Counted from the stretch's first letter, positions 46,097 through 57,191 are shown. The stretch: 64,000 nt of DNA from an uncultured virus (IMG/VR IMGVR_UViG_3300049489_000353) (IMGVR_UViG_3300049489_000353), one strand, 5' to 3'. The notes: generated by a model not told the origin, from the sequence alone. Program-made: numbers and translations.

Positions 46097-46228
46097 GATG
46101 CAAGATGAAAGAGAAATGGATAGTGTTTTGCAGATATTCAACGCCTTACGGCGCTGAAATGGCTTCGGAGTACCAGTGAGCCGGTGAATCACGGGGACTG
46201 TTCTTAATTCGTTCTACGCTATGGGTTT

Positions 46229-46256
46229 AACCCGCTCTTGATTGGGCGGGTTTTTT
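46229..46256 (+). terminator. Intrinsic terminator at the end of array 1
   Basis: AACCCGCTC-ttgatt-GGGCGGGTT then TTTT. Confidence 0.85.
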
Positions 46257-47132
46257 GTTGACTTTTATGAACAATCTGTAACATGGTCACATGCTTTTAG
46301 ATTCGAATGTTTGGAATGTTGACCAAAAAGATATAAAAATTGTTGAGATACTTGCAAACCCAACTCAAGAAATAGAATATGAAAAGGGCGAGAAAGAGAC
46401 GTTTGATTGCCCAGGAAGTCCTGGCTATTATTGTGAAACACATAGTGCAACGGTGTTAATGGGATTTACTGCAAAAGCTGACGAGAAAAATGACAATACA
46501 AAATATGATGACGAGGTTGATAGCAATCATGCTGCGTATGATTATATAAAATTTAACTTAGCAGATATATTCGATGGTTTTGATGATGAATTGACTGAAA
46601 AATTAGATATGCCTAATAAAAATGTCGAATTGACTTTTACAAATTTACAGATTTATGAAAACCTTTATTTTGAAGTTGAGATAGAAATCGAAGCAACCGT
46701 TGACGAGCCGCCCGACGAATGGGCTTGAAATATAAAAAATAAACCTATAATATCCACATGTCATTACTGTTTTTAATCATTAAATGGTATTTTATACTAG
46801 CTGGTGCGTCACTTATCATGCTTGTACTGATGCTGGTATATGATCGCATAGTTTATGGAGTCTGGGCAGACGATGGGAAAAATTATGACTACAAGTAAAG
46901 TTTTTTATATAAAGGATCAGCACGACTACTATTTTAATGTGTGTGATGAATTTTCCGAAGGCTTTATCGGTGATATATTCAACACATATGATAACAGGAA
47001 AGTGTTTCATAATAAGAAAGAGATAAAAGAGTCTCTTGAATATATAAAAATGTATTTTCCCAATCATGACATCTACATTGAAGAAGTCATAACGAAGATA
47101 ACACAAAAGAAAATCAATATAAAAAAGTTTAT

Positions 47133-47453
47133 ATGATCAGTATTGTCAATCGCGCACGATCAGATGATGGTGTATATGTTGCTCGTCCATCCATTTTTGG
47201 TAATCCGTTTGAAATAGGAAAGGACGGGACGCGAGCAGAGGTTATTGTGAAATACGAAGAATATTTTATACGCCAGGTCGCGGTCAATGTAATGTTTCAA
47301 AATGAATTTAAAAAGCTGGTGAACCTGGCTGCACAAGGTGACTTGCGATTGGCATGTTGGTGCCATCCCAAGCCGTGCCATGCGGCTGTTATTAAAAAGT
47401 ATATTGAAATCGAGTTGAGCAAGCTGCAAATGAAGAATCTGTTTGGTCCTTAG
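47133..47453 (+). CDS. DUF4326-like protein
   Basis: VYVARPSIFGNPF...LACWCHPKPCHA. Confidence 0.8.
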   Translation: MISIVNRARSDDGVYVARPSIFGNPFEIGKDGTRAEVIVKYEEYFIRQVAVNVMFQNEFKKLVNLAAQGDLRLACWCHPKPCHAAVIKKYIEIELSKLQMKNLFGP

Positions 47454-47794
47454 ATTTCTTCTAGATGCTTTTTCTTTTTTCCATCTTTACAGCAAGCAAC
47501 TTCTTTTGTCCATTTTTGTGTGAAGCTGTCAATAACGGTTTTAACGAAGTGTTCCCAAATTTCATCTGATACGGTTGGGAATTTTTCAGACAAGCTCTTT
47601 TTACATTCCTTTGTTGTTGCGTGTATAAGTTCGTTATATACTTCTTCGTATTCCTTGCGATACTGTTTCGCGTTCTTTTTGACCCATTCAGCAACGGCTT
47701 CTTCACCGAGGTCACGATTAGCCTTCTGTGATTCTACCCACTTGTACTTTTCTATCTCTATTTTTTGGTTAATGAGAAAAGTTTTTAGATCCAT
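47450..47794 (-). CDS. Hypothetical protein (DUF4032-like motif)
   Basis: EIEKYKWVESQKANRDLG...W; TATAAATA upstream on the minus strand. Confidence 0.55.
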   Translation of the reverse strand: MDLKTFLINQKIEIEKYKWVESQKANRDLGEEAVAEWVKKNAKQYRKEYEEVYNELIHATTKECKKSLSEKFPTVSDEIWEHFVKTVIDSFTQKWTKEVACCKDGKKKKHLEEI

Positions 47795-48544
47795 AAGTGC
47801 CGTCTAAAAATTATTTATATGTTGATTATCTTTACCGTTGACAAAAATCAAGCGGCACTTTTAATATGTTATTTGACATATAAAAGATACGAATAGAATT
47901 TGGTCTATGATTATAAAATTGATACAAGAGATATGTTGTGATGTATGTAATGATGGTATTCATGTGCATATGGATGTGTGTCCTCACTGTCAGAAGAGAT
48001 ATCCTGGCACATCCATATATGGTAATCTTTATGAAGCATGGGAGAAAAAAGAAATACCAACATTCAAATGTGAAATGTGCGACACATATTTTAAAGCGAC
48101 TAAGCCGTGTGGTGAAATAGAGGACATTTATGAAGCAGAATGGGAGAAGATATGACCTATTTCGACGGTATTGATGAACAGAATGAGCGGCTTAAGCGGC
48201 TTATTATAGATGCAAAGCTGCGCGTGGAGGGATTACAAAAAGAGTACAAAACTGTGAGAAATGGTGGGATTCTTCGGCGCAACTTACACTGTACAGATAG
48301 CGAAGTTGAAAAGGAAAATGAGCGGCTTCACGATGAACTAGAGCAATTAGAATGTGACATTACACGGTGGAAAAAATGTATTGAGCGAGCAGCCACCAAT
48401 AATGGCTCTTTTGTTGTCTTGATGACATTTTGTATTGATAAAATGTACGAAGAGGCGGCTTCTAAAATAAATTCCAAGTAACTCATTATTCTTATCTTGC
48501 ATTTTTCAACGCCATGATACGATTCACCAAAATAAGGAGTTATC

Positions 48545-49618
48545 ATGGCGTTTTTCGGTGTAACTGTTGAAGAAATTGAAACCGTCAACCCGATCGAGGG
48601 TGCTGACCGTATCCAAGTCGCTACGGTAAAGGGACTTGTATTCAACTTCGTCATTGCCAAGGACAGCTTCAAGCCTGGTGACAAGGTTCTGTACTTCCCT
48701 ATCGATAGTCTGTTGCCACAAGCACTTGCAGAGAAGCTTGGCGTTGCTGGCAAGCTGGCGGGAAAGAACAAGGATCGTGTCAAGACGGTCAAGCTTCGTG
48801 GCGTTATGTCACAAGGTATTGTCGGTAACCTTGATATCATTGGTGACATGAGTTGCGAATCGTTACTTGGTGTCCCTCGTCTGCCATCTACTGAGGAAAT
48901 TACGGCACACTTGGGTGTTACCAAGTACGAGCCGCCAGAAGTCGTTTGCCAAGGTGGGAAGCTGGTTCGTCACGCCGAAGGTGTTTCGACCTACGACATT
49001 GAAGGTGCTGACCGTTACCCCGTCGTGGTCAATGAATTACTGAACCAGCAAGTCTACATCACCGAAAAGGTCGAAGGATCGAACTGGTACGGTGGCGTTG
49101 ATGCTGCTGGCGAATTCGTCGTTGGTCAGCGGAGCGGTGCGATCATTCCCGACGATGGAAATGTAACGCACACATGGTGGACTGTTGCTGCCATGCAAGG
49201 TCTGCTTGACGCTGCCGCTGCTATTCGGCGTGACAAGTACCCAGGCAAGAGCGTCATCATTCGTGGTGAAATCGCTGGTGGAAGCATTCAAGGAAACATC
49301 TACAAGCTGCCGAAAATGCAAATTTTCGCGTTTGATATTCTTGTCGATGGTCAATATGTCGATGCGCTGACATTCCTTGCACTGACCACGGAATACAAGA
49401 TTCAGACGGCTCCTATGTTGTCTCTCAGCAAGACGCTCCATGAGTGGCTTGATGGTAAGACCGTCAAAGATGCTTCTCATGGTAAGAGTCTGCTTGGTGA
49501 TACGATTCGTGAAGGAATCGTTATCAAGCCTATCGTTGAGCAGTACAGCAAGGTGCTTGGTGGGCGTCTGTTCATCAAGCAGCGTGATCCGATTTACTTG
49601 GATAAGACAGGAAACTGA
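48545..49618 (+). CDS. RNA ligase, DRB0094 family
   Basis: N-terminal tRNA-binding-like IEGADRI...VKLRG.MSQG; TEKVEGS, IRGE, AFDI, REGIVIK. Confidence 0.88.
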   Translation: MAFFGVTVEEIETVNPIEGADRIQVATVKGLVFNFVIAKDSFKPGDKVLYFPIDSLLPQALAEKLGVAGKLAGKNKDRVKTVKLRGVMSQGIVGNLDIIGDMSCESLLGVPRLPSTEEITAHLGVTKYEPPEVVCQGGKLVRHAEGVSTYDIEGADRYPVVVNELLNQQVYITEKVEGSNWYGGVDAAGEFVVGQRSGAIIPDDGNVTHTWWTVAAMQGLLDAAAAIRRDKYPGKSVIIRGEIAGGSIQGNIYKLPKMQIFAFDILVDGQYVDALTFLALTTEYKIQTAPMLSLSKTLHEWLDGKTVKDASHGKSLLGDTIREGIVIKPIVEQYSKVLGGRLFIKQRDPIYLDKTGN

Positions 49619-50346
49619 TGAAAGTCATATTCAAAGTTTTAACTGGTTCGCGTTTATATGGTCTGGATTTACCAACATCCGACTATGATATAAAAGCTAT
49701 TGCGCTACCCAGCAAAGAAGATTTGCTGGGTATGGAAGATACTGCGCGTGAACATTGGGATGATGTCAGTATCGATCCGCCAGGTGATGTTGTGGTGTAT
49801 TCGATTACGAAATTCCTTAAATTGTTCATGACAGGTAACCCAACCGTTACGGAATTGATTTTCGTAGATCCACAATTCTATCTGATGCCATCCTCTTCTG
49901 TGTGGATGGACATGGTTGCTTTTTGTAAAAATCGTCTGATATCCGACAAAGCGATTAGCTCATACCGAGGATATTTGTATGATCAATATAATCGCGTAAA
50001 GAGTCGTAAAGCACAAAACAATCGTGAATGGATGATCGAGAAGTATGGTTTCGATATCAAATGCGCAAGTCATGTGTTCCGGCTTGCCAACCAAGGAGCC
50101 GAATTAATTGTGCATGGAACATGTCATCCAACCATGATTGGATTCACCCGTGATGTGTGTATGAGCATCAAAAAAGGTGAAAAAACATACGATGAAACTA
50201 TAAATCTTTTGGACATTGCTTTGCAACATTTCGAAAAGAGTATTGTTTTGTCGAAACTTCCTCCATTTGAAAAAGAATCGATGGAGCGATATGTCAACGA
50301 TTTCGTTTTCAATATTCACTACCGTGTTGTTATGGGGGCACTATGA
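49618..50346 (+). CDS. Pol-beta superfamily nucleotidyltransferase (YcgL/RlaP-like)
   Basis: GSRLYGL...SDYD, GNPTVTE, K.ASH.FRL. Confidence 0.8.
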   Translation: MKVIFKVLTGSRLYGLDLPTSDYDIKAIALPSKEDLLGMEDTAREHWDDVSIDPPGDVVVYSITKFLKLFMTGNPTVTELIFVDPQFYLMPSSSVWMDMVAFCKNRLISDKAISSYRGYLYDQYNRVKSRKAQNNREWMIEKYGFDIKCASHVFRLANQGAELIVHGTCHPTMIGFTRDVCMSIKKGEKTYDETINLLDIALQHFEKSIVLSKLPPFEKESMERYVNDFVFNIHYRVVMGAL

Positions 50347-53274
50347 GCAGAATCTTCATCGTCCAAGTCGAATGTGTTGATTCAGCCGACAACTACACCG
50401 TCGAGGTCCGTGCCAAGGACAAAGACGAGGCTGCGCATACTGTATATCAGAATCTTCACTTGTGTGAAACCACGGGTCATGTGTATCCGAAGTATAAAAC
50501 CAAGAAAAAGAAAAAGTAAGATGCGTAAACAAGTTACATTTCTTAATCGAAAACCATTGTGTGATAATCACAACACATGGGTATGTTCGTTGTGCTACCC
50601 GTTTGCTCTTGAGATAGGCAAGGTATATAGTGCTGGGTCGCTCATTTATATGAGAAACCATCCGTTGGACAAGCTTGCCCCTAGACAATATGGAAATGGT
50701 ACCTACGCTCTATTACAAGGGCAGGGACATAGGGATGACGAATTGGCTTTTCTTACCGAAAAGCCAATGGTTACATATAATAAAAAGTATAAGTATTTTG
50801 ATATGGTTCCTGGTTACATTGAAATGTGTATGAGCGATGCTGTGGATATATTTCAGTGCTACATCGAAAAGAAGTTTATCAAACCAGATTCAACGCCACA
50901 TAATTTTCAATATTTTTTCATTACGAAACTTGCTAAACTTGTCAGTACCTTCGAAAAGAAACACGGGAATATTGAAAGTTATTACGAGAAATTTTGTAAA
51001 GAGCGAGAGAAGTGGGTTAATGATCGTATAGACAAAAACGTAAGGAAGTAACATGTCAGAAAAAACATCATACGCAACGACATCAACTGGTTTGGGGTAT
51101 CGTGTCACATATAGTAGAGAACATGGAAATTTGAAGTTGTATTTCATGGCTCCTGGTTCACATTCAGAAACTCTTATATGTCTCAACTGTTTATCACCAG
51201 CAGATGTTAGCGATTTAGGTGACTTAATTGCTGCTTCTATCAACACCACCAAGCGATCAAAGAGGAAATAACATGAAACCCAAGAAAGTAACGAAAGTAA
51301 AGAAATCACGGGAACCCAAGGAGCCTAAAGAGCCGCGTTTCCTGGCATTCGTCAAGTTGGCTGATTGGATGACTGACGAGCAACGAAACCACTATGTCGA
51401 AATATTCGGAAGCGCAGCCGCTTTGCTATACTTGGGTGAAATACCGAATATGCGCGGTCATTGTGTCATATACAGTAAAGACACGAATAAGATGTTCGTC
51501 GGCTATCACATCGAAAACTTCGTTGAAATGTCGGAGGAAGAAACATGAAAATCCTTTACGATACTAAAATTCCAAAGTCGCGTAAGCGGGCAAATCAACT
51601 CACTGGAAGCTGTTTCAGTTTTCACTGGAACGGCATCGTTAAAGCTATTCAGCATTACCGAGTGAAGCATGGTTATGCGAATGCTGATGAAGTTGAGAGG
51701 AAAATAGAATCGATTCGTATTACCGACGATGGTATTCAATTTGTTTACGAGGAAGGTGATATCTAGATGAAAAAAATCGTCCTGGCTCAACTAGTAGAAT
51801 TATACGAGAAGAAAGACAAAATGCTTGCTGAAATCAATAGAAGTACATGGGACGATCCATTTACTGGTGAGCCAGAATGTCGTGCGAAGCATCGCATAGG
51901 TCTTGTTGAGAAATTGCGCGACATAGAAAAAGAAATATCTACACTAAAAGGAACACCGTCATGAAACCTAAAAAGTCAAAAAAGCCCATCGTCAAGGGAC
52001 CAGTTGACGGGAACATTTTCTTCATCGCTGGTGCGTGCAGAAAAGCATTGGTTAATGCTGGACTGAAAGACCAGGCGGAAAAAATGACCACCGAAGTCAT
52101 GAACGCTGGCAGCTATGACGAGGCACTACAAGTCTGTATGAGATATGTGGAGTTTGATTTATGAAGAAATCAAAACTGATTCAAGATATGCAACATATGA
52201 GTGACGATGACGAAATCGTCGTTACACTAAAGCAGCCAAGTGTCGGTGGTCACGCATCCGTAGCAGTAAGCAGCGTCGGACATGGTTTTGATTGGGATGC
52301 TGGGAAAATTCTACTCTATACAGAAAATCCCGTCGTTACCCAAGAGCATCTTGATCGTATTCAAGAGTATTGTCGGGCATATGAAAAGTTGCTGTATCTG
52401 TATGCGATGGAAAACAATCTACCATTCAACGGAGTACCCTTGATGGGTTCCAAGGCATGTCCGAAAGGATCGACTGCCCGCGTCTTCAAGGAATATATGA
52501 AAAAGCATGTCAACAAGTACCTTGGAAACGAGAAGTAAGGAGGCACCATGAGCGACGGTGAAGAATGGAAGAATAGCCCCGATGACCATGATGCTGGCGA
52601 GGAATGGAAGCCCGAGGTCAAAAAGAAGAATAAGTGTAGAGGAATGTATTTCCGTCTGCGTGGTGAAGTCATCGAACCAGTTACTGACCAAGCTGATATA
52701 TCAGAAGCTTTTAAAATGGTAAATAGACGGGTCGCCTTGGATGAATTGGGAAATGACTCAAAGGTTTCAACGGTATTTTTAGTAATAGACCATAACATGG
52801 GTTGTTCAGAGACTCCCATATTGTTCGAAACCATGTCATGGTATAACGGTGAAGAATATGAATGTAAGCGATATCCGACCGTTGAAGCGGCTTTAACGGG
52901 TCATCGAGAATCCGTTGAGGCACTTAAAATAGCTATGAAAAATAAGCTATGAGCTATCAAGAGCAGCTTGAGAAGCGATGCGAGGAATTAGAAGAGCTAT
53001 TGGCGGTTGCCCAACAGCGCGGCAGTAATGAAATTAATGATTTATTCATCAGATACCTGGCAGTTACACTCCAAGCTGCTTTTAAATTCAAAGATATACA
53101 CACCGAAGATGATCGGCGTGATTTTATTCGTAAAAAGATCAAACTTATAAAAGTTCTACAAGAGAAGTCTCGGGACTTTAAAATGGGTGATACGGAGAAG
53201 ATGATCAAAGAGGAAATGAAAAACCAATACATCGTGCCATAGATTTCATATAAATAGTTGTATTGGAGAAATCT

Positions 53275-54306
53275 ATGTCAGACATTCTTTACAAGAAATT
53301 GTGCGAGTCATGGGATCAGATGGAGCAACCAAAGCTTATTACCGAAGCCGAGGTTAGAGCAGCTTTCCCAACAGCTTCCGATGGTCACATTCAAGAAGTG
53401 ACTCGATTCTGTGAAGGTTATTTGAAGTTCGAAGAGTTGCTTTTAAATAACTCAGAACAATACCTTGTTGAGCGTTTTGCTGGCGATGACCAGACACTTA
53501 AGCCAGGTGGCGCGGGCGCTGCTTTCCCAAGTAATGCGTCCGATCCAAATTTTGATCCAGAAGCTACCGTTGGAAAGCCAGAAGTACCTAAAGCTGGCGA
53601 TCAGAAAAAGCCAGGCAAGATGCAATGGTTCTCGAAGCTGAAAGATTTCGCCAAAAAAGTCAAAGATGTTTACACACAAGTTCCCAAGAAAAAGGTTCTC
53701 GCTATTTTGGCGGCTGGTCTTGTTATTTCTGCCATTGCTCCACAATTCCCACTCGTTGGCGCATTAGCCAAGGTCGCATTTGGTGGATTCAATATGTTCA
53801 AGGGTGGAAAGAGTTTCTGGACAGAATTCAAGAAAGAAAAGAAGGACCGTAGTAGCGTCAAGGTTGTTCTTGCGGTTCTCCAAGCTGCGCTTGGTGTCGT
53901 AAGTGGTATATCTGGCGCATCGGGAATTGTCGATCAGATAACAGCATTGAAATCACAAGTAGCAAGTGCTGCTGGTGAAGCTGGACAAGCTGCCGCAGCA
54001 CCAGCCGCTGGTGGCGCAGCCGCTCCTGCTGCTGACGCTGCTGGTGCAGCTACATCGTATGCTGGTAAAGCATCAGATACATTGGATAAGATTCAAAAAG
54101 TATTCTCAACAGATCCAGAAAAGGGAAAGATGCTGTTGCAGAAGTTGGGCGATGCCATGGCTTCGGCTGCATCAGAAGGTAAACTTACTGATGCCGAAGC
54201 ATTGAAAGTCATTGGCAAGGTTCTTCCCGCCGACAAGGCTGACGCCTGGTGGGATATGGCTAAACAAGCTTTTGATATGATGACAAAAGCTAAGGGCGGC
54301 GGCTAA
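53275..54306 (+). CDS. Late-promoter protein with hydrophobic and Ala/Gly-rich segments (possible virion protein)
   Basis: TATAAATA at 53249; N-terminal LCES. Confidence 0.55.
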   Translation: MSDILYKKLCESWDQMEQPKLITEAEVRAAFPTASDGHIQEVTRFCEGYLKFEELLLNNSEQYLVERFAGDDQTLKPGGAGAAFPSNASDPNFDPEATVGKPEVPKAGDQKKPGKMQWFSKLKDFAKKVKDVYTQVPKKKVLAILAAGLVISAIAPQFPLVGALAKVAFGGFNMFKGGKSFWTEFKKEKKDRSSVKVVLAVLQAALGVVSGISGASGIVDQITALKSQVASAAGEAGQAAAAPAAGGAAAPAADAAGAATSYAGKASDTLDKIQKVFSTDPEKGKMLLQKLGDAMASAASEGKLTDAEALKVIGKVLPADKADAWWDMAKQAFDMMTKAKGGG

Positions 54307-54915
54307 TTCTTACTCTTAAGAAACGCATCAGCCTCTTGGTTGATGCTTTCTAACTTTCTGTCCGCATCGGACTTGTCAGCATCGGCTTTGCGCTGCTTCA
54401 AGTGGCTTTCCATGCTGGACATGATTTCATCGGTCGAGTTGCTCATGGTTTTCTTCGCATCGGGGGTGCAGTACCACCCATATGCAGCGGAACCAGCGAC
54501 AACGCCGACCGTGAAGAAGAGGACGATGAAGAAGGTACGCATAGTGTTTCTCCTTGCGTGCATCCTAGCACCATTACTAAAAAAATCTATAATGTGAGAC
54601 TACCCCAGCTACGAGTGTATCACACATCACAGCGTGGGGGCATTGATGAATGCGCTTAGGGACTTCACTGTTCGTTCAAGCCGAGCATTCTCTTTTTTTA
54701 GATGTTGTATCTTCAATTCTGTTTCTTTTTTGGCTTGTTCTTCTATAAGCCGTAACTCTTCTTGAGCTTGGCATAAAAGCACCTTCTTATCGTGTTCGGC
54801 TTTCAGCCATATAAAACTAACAGAGAAAATAAACAGTGCTGAGAGTACATAATACATTGCCGTATTATGCGTTTATTTTTTATACAACAAGAGGGAATTT
54901 CTATAAATAGTCTAT

Positions 54916-55920
54916 ATGTCGGATAATCTCTATAACCGTTTATATGAGTCTTATCAAGCCATGGAGCTTGATGAGTTGCTGATTCATGGCGATCCAAAAA
55001 CGGGAAAGCATGTCATTGCACACAAGCAACACTTATGGGTTCTTCCAGATGACATTCCGAGAGAGACAGCCAACCAGATAGCAGAAATTTTATTGCCATC
55101 TTCATATGATAATGAAAATGTTCCGTTTGATGATGGGACACCACCAGAAACAAGTATTCATGATGTCACCCAATTGATCAATGACGCTGACCGCTCTGAC
55201 ATTCTCATGGGAACATTAAACAATGGCGTGTTGTTCTTGAATAATGCGGGACACTTCAAATTTGATCCGAAGTCATCGCTCTTGGTCAAGAAAGTAGCCA
55301 ATGCGTTGAAGGTTAAGAAAGTCACCTACCAAGATGACTTAGAAGGAAACAGCGAGATTTCAACACCTAGAAAAAAGTTGACGGCACAGATTCCCGATAT
55401 TGCATTCCACGGCACATCGTTGAAGTATCTTGAAGATATTCTCAAAGTTGGTTTGGAACCAAGGGGACATCAGAGCAACTATGAGAAGCAGGGCATCTAT
55501 CACGATGACAAGATTTTCTTCGCTACTCGATTCGGTGAGGCAAATCACCATGCTATTCATACAGGCAACTTGACAAAAAACTACCCTATCGTCTTGGAAA
55601 TGTTCATTCCCGATAAGAATCTCGTCATTGCTGACTATGATGTGGATATGCACGGTGGTGAAACGACTTATGACGCACCAAGTCGCAAGTCACATACCAA
55701 GTATGACACCGAAAAGAGTTTTGCGTTGAGTAAGGAATTCGGTGTGTATGGGTATAAAGGGAAGATTTTGCCCCAGCATATTCGTTTCGTCTACATTCTC
55801 TTCAATGAAGAGGCTTACGATGCCACCATCAAGGACTACAAGAAGTTCAGCCCAAAGAAGCTTCGCCAGTTCCTTGACCGCCATGGATCGTTTGATGAAT
55901 TGCAATACTTTGTCAGATAA
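54916..55920 (+). CDS. Putative ADP-ribosyltransferase-fold protein
   Basis: AFHGTS...ILKVGL.P...IFFA; TATAAATA at 54902. Confidence 0.55.
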   Translation: MSDNLYNRLYESYQAMELDELLIHGDPKTGKHVIAHKQHLWVLPDDIPRETANQIAEILLPSSYDNENVPFDDGTPPETSIHDVTQLINDADRSDILMGTLNNGVLFLNNAGHFKFDPKSSLLVKKVANALKVKKVTYQDDLEGNSEISTPRKKLTAQIPDIAFHGTSLKYLEDILKVGLEPRGHQSNYEKQGIYHDDKIFFATRFGEANHHAIHTGNLTKNYPIVLEMFIPDKNLVIADYDVDMHGGETTYDAPSRKSHTKYDTEKSFALSKEFGVYGYKGKILPQHIRFVYILFNEEAYDATIKDYKKFSPKKLRQFLDRHGSFDELQYFVR

Positions 55921-55937
55921 CGAATTAAAAAATATTG

Positions 55938-55997
55938 TTGACTCGTAAAATTCTATGGTATACTAAAACCCAGATAGACGAAGATGCTCTTTAAAAA
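55938..55997 (+). promoter_or_regulatory. Promoter with boxA-like element upstream of array 2
   Basis: TTGACT-N15-TATACT; TGCTCTTTAAAAA at 55985. Confidence 0.65.
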
Positions 55998-56098
55998 GCC
56001 TACGGAAAATACCTCTTGCATGGGCAAGATTTTCTGCTAGACTGTGCCCAGACGCCTATAAATAACCTTCAGAGAGAAACACTCACAAAGACTATCCC

Positions 56099-56227
56099 AT
56101 GACGAACACCCTCAACATCCTGAGCAAGCGCGAGCAGAAGTGGCTATCCCAGCCATTATCGAGCCGCCCCGTCATGGCTCGCCATAATCTCTTTAATATC
56201 ACCGATATTACGGAGAGTCCAGGCTAG
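56099..56227 (+). CDS. Leader peptide 2, MTNTLNILSKREQKWLSQPLSSRPVMARHNLFNITDITESPG
   Basis: 42 codons plus TAG; last codons carry the antiterminator strand GTCCAGG; SD weak. Confidence 0.7.
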   Translation: MTNTLNILSKREQKWLSQPLSSRPVMARHNLFNITDITESPG

Positions 56228-56254
56228 AGAACAGGAGAAATCCTAAACCCTCTC

Positions 56255-56291
56255 GAACCCTGGACCCAAAAAGTCCAGGGTTCTTTCTTTT
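56255..56291 (+). terminator. Attenuator terminator, array 2
   Basis: GAACCCTGGAC-ccaaaaa-GTCCAGGGTTC then TTTCTTTT. Confidence 0.88.
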
Positions 56292-56395
56292 ACAACTACA
56301 TATCTGTGGAAAACACAACAATTCCCGTGAAATGCACGGTAAGCCACCGTAGACCGCTACGGCACGGTAAGTCTAAAACACGGGAGTTGTGGTTT

Positions 56396-56483
56396 GGAAG
56401 GCAAAACGAACAGGGTCCGTCGTTCTTTGCTAAAGAAATGGGGCGCTCTTGCGCCTGTGGTTCAAGTCCACTACCTTCCGCCA
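56396..56483 (+). tRNA. tRNA-Ser(GCT), 8/4-type fold
   Basis: ttGCTaa loop, long arm, 4-bp T stem, GCCA. Confidence 0.65.
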
Positions 56484-56577
56484 GAAAGTCTAGCTGCTAT
56501 TCCCGAGGCAGGACGAATAGACTAAAATTCACGAAGCTCTGATGTCTCGTCAATATCATCTTCGTGGTCGGGAGTAT

Positions 56578-56667
56578 GGAACAGAGAAGCATCGGGGAGA
56601 TGCGTTCGCTTGGAAAGCGAAAGGGCGGTGCAAATCGCCAGAGTTTCGATTACTCCTTGTTCCGCCA
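56578..56667 (+). tRNA. tRNA-Ser(GGA), 8/4-type fold
   Basis: ttcgc-ttGGAaa-gcgaa, long arm, GCCA. Confidence 0.7.
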
Positions 56668-56832
56668 GAGAGTGGCAAATCGGATGCAAACGCCGAGTGC
56701 AGGCAACCCAAAAGGTGAGGCACTAGTCTATGTAGTAAGACCCACTCGTTACCAGAGCCGGTGACAAGCATAACCAACTGCTTCTTTTCCCCCATATGGG
56801 AAATGTAGTTTGATCTAAAATGCCGGCAGTAT

Positions 56833-56907
56833 GCCCGTGTCGTATATGTGGTAATACGCGAGCCTGAAGAGTTCGATCAACCGATTCAAACGCGGTCGCG
56901 GGCACCA
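56833..56907 (+). tRNA. tRNA-Phe(GAA)
   Basis: Cloverleaf. Confidence 0.8.
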
Positions 56908-57019
56908 AAGGTAGATTGTAGGTATGCTTCCCGATTAGGTATGCAACCTTCTAGGCGACTCTGGAGCCTCTCACTTTGAGTGAGTCTCATCGCAGGATGG
57001 GGAATAAACTGGAGGGTAT

Positions 57020-57112
57020 GCAGCCGTTCGCGTAGTCCGGTCGAACGCACCTGACTCTTAATCAGGATGGGTTACTCCCACATCGTAGGTTCAAATCCTA
57101 CTGGCTGCACCA
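57020..57112 (+). tRNA. tRNA-Lys(CTT), long variable arm
   Basis: ctCTTaa; body similar to 36947-37038. Confidence 0.8.
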
Positions 57113-57117
57113 AAATT

Positions 57118-57191
57118 CGCCTGCTCGTACAACGGCAGTATATTCCACGGTCGATGGAAAGAAGGCGGGGTTCGACTCCCCGGCTGGGCGA
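57118..57191 (+). tRNA. Degenerate tRNA-Asp(GTC)-like
   Basis: ttcca-cgGTCga-tggaa, D and T arms, no CCA. Confidence 0.45.

Noticed and set aside
50374..50520. N-terminal extension of ORF 50374-51051
   Set aside because: A separate short ORF in another frame (50344-50496) fits the gene packing better; the likely start is 50521.
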